From positions 186,001-250,000 of the forward strand of contig MU058528.1 in NCBI GenBank assembly GCA_013265495.1: a stretch of 64,000 nt of DNA, read 5' to 3'. This document shows, one piece after another, positions 24,565-37,940 of the stretch. This DNA is from Vicugna vicugna. Its lineage: Eukaryota. Under the pieces are notes generated by a model, which did no database searches, had not been told where the DNA came from, and saw only the letters and a list, made by a program, of their open reading frames with translations. How positions within the stretch are numbered: the stretch's first letter is position 1; each line of letters begins with the position of its first letter. The translations under genes were made by a program, and so were the position numbers.

Positions 24565-24948
24565 TGTTGGTAACTCGGTGCTGTTTCCCCTTCACAAAAT
24601 CTCTCTTCTGTGTTCAGGGACTGGAATCCTAGAAACCACATTTTCCAGATTCCCTGTCAGCAAAATTCTTATTTAAATTCTGTCAATGAGAGGCACTTAT
24701 ATTAGTTTGCAAGTTAGGGAGGATTTCAGGCACTGTTCTGGTAAGGAAGTAATGGGTATTGAAAAGTTCTGTCTCCTGAGAGTTATCCCCTTCATTGCTA
24801 CAGGTGCTGTCTCCTTGCAGTTCCTACACTGCACTGCCCATGCCTTCCAACAGTTTTTGATGTCTTTAATTCCTAGAATTAAATCCCTTTCTGCTCAGAA
24901 TACTTAAAATAATTCTTATTTTCCTGGTCCAACCATGACTTATGACAT
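24565..24948 (+). mobile_element. ERVL LTR33-like solo LTR
   Basis: AAACCACATTTTCCAGATTCCCTG...CTGTCAATGAGAGGCAC...ATTAAATCCCTTTCTGCTCAGAATACTTAAAATAATTCTTATTTTCCTG. Confidence 0.6.
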
Positions 24949-25619
24949 AGCCATCCCATTGGGCTGAGTATGCCTTGTAAGATGTTAGAGCTTCATTCTA
25001 CCAGTGCTCTGAGATACTTTCAGAACCAGCTCCATTATTTCTCACACCCACGTTTGGCTCGGTTACACTCAAAGGTCCAAGCATCCGTGTCAAACATGAT
25101 CACCCAGACTCTCCTTCTCACCTTACTCTAGCTGTCATCAAATTGAATTCAATCCCCTTCCTCCTCCTCCTCTTAAACCAGTGTATGTACCTTCTGGGAC
25201 TCTCCATCTCTATTTAGCAAGTCCCACTACATCTTCAACATTGTCCCTGAATGCTCTTTCTGCCTCTTTGCTAAATGATATATCTGGCTATCCTGGAGGA
25301 CATCAGTTTCCCTGGAGCGATGCATCACAGGGCCAGGAAGTGGGGCAGTGTTTTCCTTGCATTCCAATGTTCCCTGACTGTTTCCAAATTGTTTCTCCTA
25401 GTGCCTTTGAAGTAACTACAACTGCTGACACCATGCCCCATCTCACTGCGGATCTACAATTATAGTCATTTCATTGCATGAGCTATGCCTCCTTTCTCCC
25501 TCTTAATATTTTGTTGTAACATTTTCTTCCAGGATTTTTAAGGTTCATCATATGTAAAACATTTAGAAAAATGGCACAAAGTAAGTTCTCAATGAATATT
25601 GTTGTCATTGTCATCATCC

Positions 25620-27020
25620 TCATGTTTCCATACTTGCACTAGAACAAGTAAACTTTGCTGGAAAAATCACACAACCGGGTTTATTGGTTTCTCATTGAAT
25701 TCATGATTTCATCCTTGAAACTGGACCTCAACCCTGCCAAGCAATCAATACTGTTTTTTTTTTAATTAAACTTGCTTTTCCATTCAGGGAGATGACATTA
25801 CATTTTCTTCTTCTTCTTTTTTTTCCCCTACATCCCACACCCTTTCACTCTAATTCTCAGTTGATGATCTCAGCTCACACTTAATTGAGACAATACAGAT
25901 TAATTTGGAAACTCTCTAATCTTCCCTCCAGCAAATCCTTTCTCTTTAATGCATCTATACCCACTCTTCTTTCCTCCTTCTCATTTTCATGAAGGAAGTG
26001 GTCACACAGCCTTTGATCACAGGCTTTGATCACAGCCAATCTTACTGGCTCTTTGTATCCCTCTTCTCATCCTCTCTTAAGACCCTGCTTCTCTTATTTT
26101 CCACTCTCCCATTACCACCAAACAAAACCCAGAAAACTTCAATAGCAACTCCCCGCAAACATCCTCTCTCTGTTTCCATTCATGGTGAAACATCTAAAGC
26201 AGAATTCGGCAGTCACGGTCCCACTTCCTGATCTCCCAGTTGCTTCAGCGCTTTCCAGTCCTGTCTCTGATCTCACATCTCTGCAGAGACCAAGATAGCT
26301 CCTGATGGGGTCATTATCTCCATGTAGCCAAATTCAATGGTCCTGCTTGGTCCTCATGCTTATCAGCCTCGCAGTAGCATTCAGCCCAGTTGAACCATTC
26401 TCCCCTGCTTGATGCATCTTCCTATTTTGCCTTATATGCCCCCACAGCTCCTTGGTTTCATTCAAAGTTGTCTTCTTTTCCATCCAACCCGAGGCATGTT
26501 TCTGAGCTACATATTCAGGCCTTATCCCTACATCCTCACCTCATCTCTTAAAGTCAGAGCCTGTGAATACTAGTACAAAGCAGAGAAGAGGCAAATGGCT
26601 GAGGAGCCATACTGTCTGCATACGCATCTTGGCTCCACCACTTGCTAGCTGTGTGACCTTGGGCAGATTCCTTGACTTCTCTGTATCTCAGTTTCTTTAT
26701 CCACATCATTAGGACAATAGTACTTTAGTTATACGATTATTGTGAGGATTGTGTTAACAGTCTGTGACTTGTACTAGGCTCTCAGTAAATGTTAGCTGTT
26801 ATTATTATATGCTTATGACTCTCAGATGTCATTCTCCTAGCTACATCTCACACCTAAAGTTTAGACTCACATGCAGCTGCCTATTTAAGAACCCCACGTG
26901 GGTGAGTAGGAGGATCTCCAAATTAACGTCTTCAAAAGAAACTTCAGAATTCTTGATTAACCCCCAAACCTGCTCCTCTCCTCAGTCTTCACTCTCTCAC
27001 TAAATGATGTTATCTTTATC
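25620..27020 (+). mobile_element. Decayed L2 body (interrupted by a MIR)
   Basis: CATGTAGCCAAATTCAATGG...GTCCTCAT...CAGTAGCATTCAGCCCAGTTGA; CCCCCAAACCTGCTCCTCTCCTCAGTCTTCACTCTCTCACTAAATG. Confidence 0.6.
26615..26808 (+). mobile_element. MIR SINE
   Basis: Core GGCTCCACCACTTGCTAGCTGTGTGACCTTGGGCAGATTCCTTGACTTCTCTGTATCTCAGTTTC. Confidence 0.85.
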
Positions 27021-27694
27021 TATTCAGCAAAAATTATTTCTGAACAATTAATAGTCTGAAATTAGAAAATTGAACTGTAAGTAGGAGAAATGAAAATCAC
27101 TGAAGTGTTTCTTGGATTAGATAATTTTACCATCCACCTAAAGCATCTTGCTGATCTTTCATGATGCAAAAATCCACTATATGTGTGTTGGCACTGGCCC
27201 GTTTGTTTACCTTGTAGAAGTTAGGAGAAAAGTGACACGCACCCTAGAAATAGAAGCTCTGGTCCCATGACTTCTGTTTCATAGGAATATTTTAACTGTG
27301 CAGCCAAAATACACAGCAAGAACAGAATTACATGTATCTTTAATACATTTATGAAACAACCTTATGCTATCAAAGTAATGGATAAATATCTGTCATGCCT
27401 TCATGATTACATTCAACCTTTGTTCCATTTCTAGTTTTTTTTCCAGGTATTTTATAACAGTTTCTCATAAGTGGTTATTTATTTTCTGCAGTATTCAGTT
27501 TTGCTGGTCCATGTTTTTATGACACTTTTTTTTATTTGCTTGCTTTTCATAATGACTCTAGATATAGATACAAAATTCTTATATGGTGTGTAATCAAAGG
27601 GAAGAAGTTTTGAGTTCCAAAGAAAATAAATACTCTAGACTTCCATGGTCTTACAAATTCAGTGATCTTTTGGTGATCATAACAGATAACACAC

Positions 27695-27925
27695 AATATT
27701 ATTTACTGAGCACACACTACATTCCAGCCACTGGGCTAAACAATTTTTAGGTATTGTGTCATTGAAGCATCACAGTAATTCTGTCAGGTGGAATATTATT
27801 AACTACAGTGCCAGAGGCAGAAAATGGACTAAAAGGTGCTTTCATTAAGTTCACATAGCTCTTAAAGGATAAAGTCAGCATTCAAGTCCATATCCTCCAA
27901 TCCACAAAGCCGTCTCTTTATCATT
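27695..27925 (-). mobile_element. MIR SINE
   Basis: ATTTTACTGAGCACACACTACATTCCAGCCACTGGGCTAAAC...TTCACATAGCT...ATTCAAGTCCA. Confidence 0.6.
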
Positions 27926-29399
27926 AACTTGAAGTCATTTACATAGTGATTACAAAGAAACAGTTTATTCAGTAGTGTGCCATAATGGTTTACTAAGTAG
28001 CTTATTCTTTATATTCATATTTTGTCTTTTTCCCGGTTGATGAGTTCCTATTTTTTTTTTTTTGAGATTTTTCACATGAGCTGCTCTGTTAATTTTTTTT
28101 TTCACACTGGATAGAAAAACGTCATTACCTCATTCTCCATTATTTACTCAACTGTAATATTCAACTTCCAAGTTCCAGCTAAGGGTTTATAAATCAGTTT
28201 TTGTTGTATTCACCATCTCTCTTAGTACTATGGTTTCATTGTATGATGATCATTTTGAAGTGCATTTATTGCAAAGGTAAGACTTTCCACATATTAGTTC
28301 TTTTAAAAATTTAGCTCAATTCCCAGATCATGTCCTTGGGCTGCCAAAATGGCTCTGTGGCAACGTTGAAAACTGATGATAAATAGGGAATGTTTAGATT
28401 GAGACTTGTGAAGCTGGACTGAAGCACTTATCTTTAGATCCAATTTTGGTGATGTATGTATTATGATTCCTGGCAAGGAAAAAGCCGTTTCTAGTGGATG
28501 GAAACCTTTCTCTGAAGTAGAGGCTCACAGAAACTCCCTAGGGAGCAATGAAAGGAAAATGTTGGATTCTTCGACTTTGTTACTGAAGAATATAATAAGC
28601 AGTGTCTTCAACAGCAGCTTTACTAGTCACGCAGAAAATGTCTTCATAGGGCTGTTTCCACAATGTCAGCTTTCAATGACTCTTTAGGGAATCATTCTCA
28701 CATTGTAGGGTGGAAGATATCCCCATGGGGAGCTGACACACAACAAAGGTCATTCTCTAAAACATCTTAACCAAATTAACATATGCAGTTAAAAAAAAAA
28801 TCAAACAATTGAGCAAATCTGGGCAAGGAAAAAGCTGGGTAGGGAATTAAAGTCAGCAGCAAGACATCAGTATGCCCATGACATACTGTTCTGAAGACTG
28901 GGTGGAGGATGACCAAGGATTTGGCTCTAAGTTTCCTGGAAGTCAAAGAAAAAGTGAAAGATAATTGTAAACGTCATTGTCCAGAATAAAGAAACCAACT
29001 AATGAGTCATGAGAAGCATTGATATTTCTGATACAGAGACTTGAGAGAATTTTCTCCTTGGAGTATTCATAAACAGCCTAAAATCCCTAATGGCATCATA
29101 GTTGATGCATTACATCTTGTGTTTGAGTATATCCTTTGGAATAAGGTAAATACGTGATTCAGCCTCATTGTTCAGTGAAAGTGATTCTATTGCCAGATTT
29201 GGGCACAAAATAATTTGGCCCAGGTATTTAGCTCTGGGATGATATGGCTTGTCTCGAGGGAAAAGTTGAATAGGACAACTAGTTTCAGCATACATGAATA
29301 GACTACATATTCTTAGGATCAGAAGCATTTCCTAATTAAAAATAATCTTCTGTATGTATATTGTAGAAAATCAAACGATATTGATAAATAAGAATAAGA

Positions 29400-30300
29400 A
29401 ACAAAAAAGCCAATTTACCCCCACCCTGAGAAAAATGATCATAATGTGTATTTTGCAAAGAAGTCATATTATTCAAAATGTTTTGTAAATTGCTTTCTCC
29501 AGTTAAACTGTTAAAATATTTACTTGTTCATGTCAAAAAAGTTTTCTGTCTCCTAAAAGCCAGTCCATACTCCATATTCCCCAACTGTCCCGCTAATGTC
29601 TTTTATAGAACTGGTTTGTTGAAACCAGAACCCAGTACAGGTCCATGCATCGAATCTTGTGATTATGTCATTTGAAGTTTTTTAACCTGGAAGAGTGCTT
29701 TTTATCATGGCACTGACTTGCTGAAGAGGCTGTGCTAGTTGTCCTACGTAATATTTTATCTTCCGGATTTATCTGGCTGTTGTCTCAGAAGGTATCCTAT
29801 ATTTTCTAGTGAATTAGAATGAATTCCATTTGAACAATTTTGGTTGGAATGCACCATGGGTAATGTTGTGTCCTTTATGTTGTGTCAAATCAGAAAACAC
29901 ATTATACCTGGTTGCACCACTCTTGGCAGTGCTCAGACTGACTTGTAGATCAGAGTGATGTACAGATGTGTTTTCTCATTGAATTGTGTAAGTAATCAGC
30001 AGGCTGTTACTTTGTCACTCTAGAAATGTACAGCTCTCCATCAGCTGTGGATCTAATGGCTTAACTGAAAATTAATAATCCTTAAATGAATTAATATTTT
30101 TCTATCATTTGGTATTTATTTACTGGCATTCTTCTGGAACATAGAAGAATGGGTTCAACTTCTCTGTTTAGTTACCTTGAAGTACAGTTTCTATAGGAAA
30201 ATCAGGATACCTACTTAACTCTTCCACTTTAATTACCACTTTTCAATCCATGAAGTTGGCTAAACAGACACCTTAGAGAATGATAACTGAATTTTCTGGT
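29400..30300 (-). mobile_element. Old L1 3' region (L1MC4/5-like)
   Basis: CCCCAACTGTCCCGCTAATGTCTTTTATAG...CATGGCACTGACTTGCTGAAGAGGC...CCGGATTTATCTGGCTG. Confidence 0.6.
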
Positions 30301-31264
30301 GGTGTTGGCTTGGTGTCAAGCATACCACAAAACCTCACTGAGATGAGGTCAGTCTATTCTGAGTAACATAGCAGTAAGGGAAACTTTTCATTACATTCCC
30401 TATGGTTCTTTAATCTAAACAACACAAGCATAGTTCATCCATGACTGCTTTCTACGATTTAAAATATTGAGGGTTTTAACAAAAATATTTATTGAATTAT
30501 ACTGCAAATTAACAACCTCTTACTTCCACTTTGAGAATATTTACATTCAAGATGACAAATTATATTACTAGAAAAGTTTTATTTTAAAAATAGAAAATTG
30601 CATGGAAAATATATTAATGAAAATAAACAGATTATTCTCCATGGAGTTAATGTTTTTCAGAAGTTTAATGATTTAGATTTCTCTATGCATTATAATATTT
30701 TTAAATGCAGTTTTTCATAACTAATGAAAAATAGAATCCAAATTACAGAATCTAAATGTTAGAGTCTTAAATATGGCAACGTCTTGCTTTGGTAATTTTA
30801 CAATTGTTACAAGCTTCTGTGGTAATAAAAGTCTTTGAAAATCTGAAAAAAAATAAGCGGAGGTTAATAGAGATAAACTAAGTCTTCACAAATGTGATGA
30901 AGTAATTTTCAAGAATTGATAGAAATTTAAGTAAGGATATTAAAATCATAAGAAATAAGTACAGACAATAATGCTTGCCCTCAAATCTAACATTTGTAGA
31001 TGTGTTTTATACATTTTTGGGAGAAATTTTTAAGGATAAACCCAACCAACCCAAAAGTCAGCACTCTGTGAAGGGTAATACAGTAATGTGAACATGTGAT
31101 TGCCATCAACAATGAACTCATTTGAAGGTATTGGAAAAATGCAAATTTGCAAATGTATTCATTAATTAAACAAAGACTTAGTAATTCCAATATTCCAGGC
31201 ACTGTAGCAGGCATTGGGGATATAATTTGATAAAAATGTGCTATGTTGGAAATTGATTTCTATA

Positions 31265-31725
31265 GCAGTTAGAAGTAATTTTGGCTGTAGATAAGGAAAA
31301 CCTGACTATTAGGATTTTAAATGAATAGTTTTTTCTTGCTGAGGACTTCTGGAATTGAGAGGCTACTGGCTTTGGTTCAATGGCACCGAGTGATAGATCC
31401 TTCCTTGTAACCTTTCTTTTATTCTTGCAAGTTCCAAGGCATTGGTACTGTGACTGCTTTCAAGACAGGAAGAAAGGAAAAGAGCTATGCTAATGACATA
31501 TTTTCTTTCTATCAGGAAAACAGATACTTTCCTGGATGTCACCTAGCAAAATTCCATTTATTTATCATTGGCCAAAACTTTGTCACATGCCCACTTCTAG
31601 CTGCAAAGGAAATTATAACTGAGCATTCAGTTTTTTCAGCTTTTGTAATGGAGATGAAGTGGAGGAGGAGCGGGAATATTGAGTTGAGTTGACTTATCAT
31701 AAAGTCTACTGTTAACTCCCCACTT
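31265..31725 (-). mobile_element. Old MaLR LTR (MLT1J/K-like)
   Basis: TCATTGGCCAAAACTTTGTCACATGCCCACTTCTAGCTGCAAAGGA is an MLT1 hallmark. Confidence 0.65.
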
Positions 31726-32087
31726 GAAAAGTGATTATTGATACATGATAAAAAAAAAGTCAACTATGTTTTTCAACAACTAGAAACTTATGTGGCTGAT
31801 AAACTTTTATATTCTCTAGATATTGTGGTATAGCAGGAAGAAGAATTCAACTATGAAGTCAGAATAAACCTGTGAAGTAAGAATAGAAGTTACTGTAGTA
31901 GAACTTCTACATGTAAGAAAATAATTGCATTTTTTGTCTTTGACTTTTTGGGAGTTAAATGCATATATTTTAATTTTTTTTTCACTAGAAAGTAGGGTTT
32001 TTGTTTTTGTTTTTGTTTTTGTTTTTTACTATTTTCTATTCAAATATGTAGAAGTTAGGTCTTATTCTATCTTAAAAAACTATAAAC

Positions 32088-33090
32088 AGGGAGCTTCCTT
32101 CCAATAATGGTAGAGTAGCTAGTATTAGACAAACCATTATACAGACAAGAATAATACATTCTTGATGAAGTTAAAAAATAACTAGTTGAAGGCCCTAAAG
32201 GTTGACCAAAAGCAGGCAGAAACAGGTTTACAGACACTTGAAAAGGGAAATAGCAACTCATGTGAATTTTACATGTATGAATTTTCTGCCTGAGGGAAGA
32301 AAATGACATGGAATGGCTGGATCTCAAGTAGAAAGTTGCAGTCTTACTGGTTTGTGGCGTCAAAGGATGAAATTTGATATGGCCAAGGTTGACGAAAAGT
32401 GAGGGGGAGGATTTCTAGAAAGGTGGGAGCCAATTGAGGTGGAAGCCCCCAAACCAGCATATAAACCCCACCTTGACTGGTGCCTGAACTATGCATACAA
32501 GGGAAAATACAGTAGAGCTGTCAGAAAGCAAAACTGAATAGAGGTTTCTGCCTCTTACAGAGGAACCAGAGTTTGGAATTTGAGTCCAACCAAGTTAACT
32601 GACTTCTAGAACAAAAATCAACATTACGGGGAAAGCTGACAGAATCTAGGATATTAAAAGGCATAATTCATAATGATTAGTGTAGAATAAAAATTATCTG
32701 AAACATAAAGAAACAGGAAAATGTGACTCACAGACAAGATAAAAAGCAGTAAAGAGAAACCAACCACAAGATGAAGCAGATGTTTAAATTAAGAGGAGTT
32801 TTTTTTTTAAGTTATTGTAAATATTTTCATAGATTGGAGGAAAAATATGTCATAATTAATGAACAGATGGGGATTCTCAGCAAAGAAATGGAAACTGTAA
32901 GGGGACCACATGGAAACTATAAAACTGAAAATACAGTATTTGAAATGAAAAAAAATTGAGCTGAATGAGCTTAATAGCAGATTGGAAACTTCGAAAGAAA
33001 GGGTTAATGAACATGAATGAAATCATGTAGAACAAGGGAAAAACTAAAGGGAGAAAAAAAAAGTTCTGTGACTTGCCGGTAAATATCAAC
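32088..33090 (+). mobile_element. Old L1 5' UTR and ORF1 N-terminal part
   Basis: A-rich decayed ORF1 coiled-coil region (GAAATGAAAAAAAATTGAGCTGAATGAGCTTAATAGCAGATTGGAAAC); interrupted at a TA by Tigger1. Confidence 0.7.
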
Positions 33091-33092
33091 TA

Positions 33093-34837
33093 CTGGCATG
33101 CCTTGGAGATATGAAGGGTTTGGTTTCAGACAATCTCAATAAAGCAAATATCATAATAAAGAGTCACATGAATTTTTGTCTTTGTTTTCCAGTGCATATA
33201 GAAGTTATGTTTACACTATACTGTAATCTATTAAGTGCACAATAGCATTATCTGAAAAATATGCCTTAGTTAAAAAATACTTTATTGCTAAGAAATGCTA
33301 ACTATAATCTGAGCCTTCAGAGAGTCAAAAGCTTTTTGCTGGTAGAGGGTCTTGCCTCAATGTTGATGGCTGCCCAGTGATCAAGGTGGCGGTTGCTGAA
33401 AGTTGGGGTGGCTGTGGCAATTTCTTAAAATAAGACTGCAATAAAGTTTGCCACATTGACTGGCTTTTCCTTTCACAAATGATTTCTCTGTAGCATGCAA
33501 TGCTGTTTGATAGCATTTCACTTACAGTACAACTTCTTTTAGAGTTGGAGTCAGTCCTCTAAAACCTTGTTGTTGCTTTATCAAAGTTTATGTAATATTT
33601 CAAATCCCTTGTTGTCATTTCAATAATCTTTACAGCATCTTTATCAGCAGTAGGCTCCATCTCAAGAAACCACTTTCTTTGTTCATCTATAGGAAGCAGC
33701 TCATCGGTTCAAGTTTTGTCATGAGATTGCAGCAATTCAGTTGTATCTTCAGGCTTTACCTCTAATTGTAGTTTTCTTGACATTTCCACCACATCAGCAG
33801 TTACTTCCCTCATTGAAGTCTTGAACCCTCAAAGTTATCCATGATGATTGAAATCAACTTTTTCCAAACTCCTGGTAAAGTTGATATTTTGACTTTTTCC
33901 CATGAATCATGATATTCTTAATGGCATCTTGGATGGTGAATCCTTTCCAAAAGGTTTTGAATCGACTTTGCCCACGTCCATCAGAGGAATCACTATCTAT
34001 GGCATCTATGGTCTTACAAAATGTATTGTTTAAATCACAAGAGTTGAAAGTTGAAGTTACTCCTTGATCCATGGACTGCAGGATAAATTGTTTTACTAGG
34101 CATGAAAAGAATACTAATTTCGTTGTACATCTCCATCAGATCTCTTTCTTGGGTGACATGACACACTGTCAATGAGCAGTAATATTTTGAAAAGAATCTT
34201 TTGTGAGCAGTAGGTTTCAAAAGTGGGCTTAAAATATTCAGTAAACCATGATGTAAACAAATGTGCTGTCATCCAGACTTTGTTGTTCCATTTATAGAGC
34301 ATAAATGGAGTCATAACTGTTAAGGGCCTTAGAATTTTCAGAATGGTAAATAAGCATTGGTTTCACTTTAAAGCACCAGCTGCATTAGCTCCTAACAAAA
34401 GAGTCAGCCTGTTCTTTGAAGCTTTGAAGCCAGGCATTGACTTATTCTCTCTAGCTATGAAAGTCATACATGGCATCTTCTTCCAATACAAGGCTGTATT
34501 GTCTACATTGAAAAATCTGTTGTCTAATATAACCACCTTCATGCATTATCTTAGCTAGATCTGGACAACTTGCTGCAACTTCCAAATTAGCTTCCACACT
34601 TTACACTTTTATGTTATGGAGATGCCACTTTCCTTAAACCTTACAAACCAATGTCTGCTAGTTTCAGACTTTACTCCTGAAGCTTCTTCATCTCTCAGCC
34701 TTCATAGAATTGAAGAAAGTTAGGACCTTGTTCTGGATTCAGCTTTGGCTTAAGAAAATATTGTGGCTGGTTTCATCTTCTACCCAGACTTCTAAAACTT
34801 TCTTCATATCAACAAAAAGGCTGTTTCACTTTCTTAC
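33093..34837 (-). mobile_element. Tigger1 (TcMar/pogo) DNA transposon, partial (one TIR), decayed transposase
   Basis: TA followed by the TIR CTGGCATGCCTTGGAGATA (consensus CAGGCATACCTCGGAGATA). ORF pieces MDQGVTSTF...[54 protein letters not shown]...KILLLID and [21 protein letters not shown]...QDPLPAK match Tigger1 transposase. Confidence 0.95.
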
Positions 34838-35390
34838 ACATGGAAACAACCTAAATGTCCATTGACAGATGACTAGGTAAAGAAGTTGTGGTATATTTAT
34901 ACAGGGGAATATTACTCAGCCATAAAAAATAAAATAATGCCATTTTCAGCAACATGGATATACCCGGAGATCATCATTCCAAGTGAAGTAAGCCAGAAAG
35001 AGAAATACCATAGGATATCACTCATATGTGGCATCTAAAAAAAGAAAAAAGAAGACACTGATGAACTCATCTACAAAACAGAAACAGATTCACAGACATA
35101 GTAAACAACTTATGGCTACCAAGGGGAAAGAGGGTGGGAGGGAATAAATTAGGAGTCCAAGATTTGCAAATATTAACTACCATATATAAAATAGATAAAT
35201 AATAAATTTCTTTGGTATGGCACAGTGAATTATATTCAATACCTTGTAGTAACCTATAATCAAAAAGAATATGAAAATGAATATGTATGTATATGTTATG
35301 TATATGTATGACTGAAACATTATGCTGTACACCAGAAATTGACATTGTAAACTGACTATACTTCAATTAAAAAAAAAAAAGAAAAAAAAT
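34838..35390 (+). mobile_element. 5'-truncated lineage-specific L1 3' end with poly(A)
   Basis: ACATGGAAACAACCTAAATGTCCATTGACAGATGAC...TGTAAACTGACTATACTTCAATT plus an A-tail at about 35369-35389; no TSD found. Confidence 0.93.
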
Positions 35391-36830
35391 ACTTCTAATA
35401 ACCCAAGGGCCAAAGAAGAAATCAGGGAACTTTAGACAATTTTTAAACTAAATGATAATGAAAATACAATACATAAAAATTTGTTGGAATGTATCTAAAG
35501 CAGGGTTTAGAAGGTAATTTATGACTTTGAATACTTATATTAAAAGATAAAAGAATTTAAAATGAGAGAGTAAAAAAGTCAATTTGCTAGAAAACATAAA
35601 AATAAAGATATCAAGAAAAAAATGTTGGTTCTTTGAAAAGTGTAATAACACTTGATCAACTCCTATCAAGATGGAGCAAAATAAGTAATACATAAGTAAG
35701 TAAATACATAATAAAGAAAGAGAAAGAGAGCAGAGAGGAGAGAGGAGAAAGGTGAGAGAGAGAGAGAGAGATTACTAAAGTACTAATATCAAAAATAAAA
35801 GTGGGGATGTCCCTAGCAATTCTATAGGCTTTAAACAGATAAAAAGAGACTACTACAAACTAACATTATACCAGGAAATTTTATGGCACAGATAAAACTG
35901 ACAAATTCCTTGAAAAAACACAAAATACCAAAATTGACACAAAGAAAATATGAATAGCTCTGTATATACCAAAGAAATAGAATTTGTCATTGCTAATCTT
36001 CCTATTAAGAAGACTTCAAATTTAGGTGAATTCATTGGTGAATTCTATCAACTGAAAAAACAGATAAATAATCCTTGCACAAGCTCTTTCAGAAAATAGA
36101 GGATTCACTTCCCTACTTGTTTTATGGGATCAGCACAACCCTGATACCAAAATATGAAAAAAAGAAGCTACAGAAAAGAAAATTGCTATCGAATGTTCCT
36201 AAAGAACATATACGCAAAATCATTACTATACTATTCGCTAACTAAATTCAATAACACATAAATAAAATGACACATCCTGACCAAGTGAGGCTTATATATG
36301 GGATGCCAGGTCAGGTTTAACATTTGAAAACCAAGCAGTCTAATTAATCATGCTAACAGAATGGAGAAGCACCATATGATTATTTCAATTTAAAAAAATT
36401 TCAAAGTTCAACACTCATTCATTGCAAAACGTTGAGCAACTGGAAGAAGATACTTCCTCAGTCCAACAAAGAGCATCTATAAAAGAGAAATTATAGCTAA
36501 TGATACTAAATGGTGCAAGATTCTATAATTTTCTCCTAGGATGAGGAGCAAAATTAGAATGTTAATGCTCACCACATCAATTCAGTATTATTCTAGAGGT
36601 GCTAGTTAGTGCAGTAAGACAAGAGAAAGAAATAAAAAAGCTTAAAGATTGTAACAGAAGATGTAAAATAATCTCTATTCACAAATGACATGACATTTTT
36701 GTCTAGGTAGATATTCCTAAAGAATCTCAAAGCAACTACAAGAAATAATGAATGAATTTAGAAATTTTATAGGTTTGAGATCAATTTACAAAAGTCAAGG
36801 TACATATATATATATACTATATATACATAA
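35391..36830 (+). mobile_element. Old L1 ORF2 (post-endonuclease through RT), decayed, containing a (GA)n tract at about 35720-35770
   Basis: Decayed matches to LLNN..KEEI..ENTTY.NLW..KA..RG, then TGACCAAGTGAGGCTTAT..GGGATGC (HDQVGFIPGMQ) and TCTCTATTCACAAATGACATG (SLFADDM). Confidence 0.85.
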
Positions 36831-36897
36831 AAAACAAAGCCACATTACTGCTCTGTGGTCACATCAATTGTCTCCTGTGATGCAAGGCCTGAGAGAT

Positions 36898-37058
36898 TTT
36901 TTGTTTTCTTTATTTTGTTTTTTTTGGGGGGGAGATGTGAGGGGCAGGTAATTAGGTTTACTTATTTTTGAAATTTATTTTAATGGAGGTACTGGGGATT
37001 GAACCCAGGACCTCATGCATACTAAGAATGCACTCTACCACTGAGTCATACTCGCATC
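36898..37058 (-). mobile_element. Vic-1-type SINE
   Basis: GGAGGTACTGGGGATTGAACCCAGGACCTCATGCATACTAAGAATGCACTCTACCACTGAG; 15-bp TSD CAAGGCCTGAGAGAT (36883-36897) / CAAGGCCTGGGAGAT (37059-37073). Confidence 0.92.
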
Positions 37059-37289
37059 CAAGGCCTGGGAGATACTGAACATCAGTTCTAGCCCTGGCCA
37101 GCAACCACCCCAAAGAGCAACCCTCTCACTTTTTATTGTGAAAAATAGGTCCTTATACTTGTATGTGCTTATTTCACTAGGTCTGGTACTTCTCAAATAA
37201 ATTATAAAATTCAAGAAAGTCAATGTTTCAGATAGGCCAATTCTTATATAGTTGGCCCTTCATATCCATTTTTGAATCCACAAATCAGA

Positions 37290-37380
37290 TTGCTGAATGG
37301 AACGGACTGGAGCATCTGCAGATTTTGGTACCCAGAGAGGTCCTAGAACCAATGCCCCAACAGATACTGAGTGATGACCC
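37290..37380. mobile_element. MER2-like (Tigger-family) terminal fragment
   Basis: GGACTGGAGCATCTGCAGATTTTGGTACCCAGAGAGGTCCTAGAACCAATGCCCCAACAGATACTGAG. Confidence 0.7.
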
Positions 37381-37447
37381 TATATTATTTCCCAATATTA
37401 CTATTTTTCTCTGAATTCTATTGATCTATTATAATACTTTCTTTTTT

Positions 37448-37940
37448 CTTTTTTTAACAATGTAACATTTTTTATTGACTTATAATCATTTTGCAATATT
37501 GTGTCAAATTCCAGTGTAGAGCACAATTTTTCAGTTATACATGAATATATATATATTCATTGTCACATTTTTTTCTCTGTGCGCTACCATAAGATCTTGT
37601 GTATATTTCCCTGTGCTATATAGTATAATCTTGTTTATCTATTCTATTTTGAATAGTATCTATTCAAACAAGATAATTTTGAAATCCCATCTATCCCTTC
37701 CCACCCTCCACTCCCTTGGCAACCACAAGTTTGTATTCTATGTCTATGAGTCTGTTTCTGTTTTGTATTTATGCTTTGTTTGTTTTTGTTTTTGATCATT
37801 TTTAGATTCCACATATGAGCAATCTCATATGGTATTTTTCTTTCTCTTTCTGGCTTACTTCACTTAGAATGACATTCTCCAGGCGCATGCATGTTGCTGC
37901 AAATGGCATTATGTTGTTGGTTTTTATGGCTGAGTAGTAT
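37448..37940 (-). mobile_element. 5'-truncated lineage-specific L1 3' end
   Basis: Reverse complement of the L1 3' UTR and ORF2 tail; 16-bp TSD with 1 mismatch, TAATACTTTCTTTTTT (37432-37447) / TAATAGTTTCTTTTTT (37941-37956). Confidence 0.92.

Noticed and set aside
29040..29332. Minus-strand 72-aa ORF after an acceptor-like TTTTAATTAG
   Set aside because: No recognisable homology, stops in all frames over the region, and no donor identified.
33325..34314. Domesticated TIGD/CENP-B-like gene
   Set aside because: Many stops and frameshifts and a TIR present; an ordinary decayed Tigger1.
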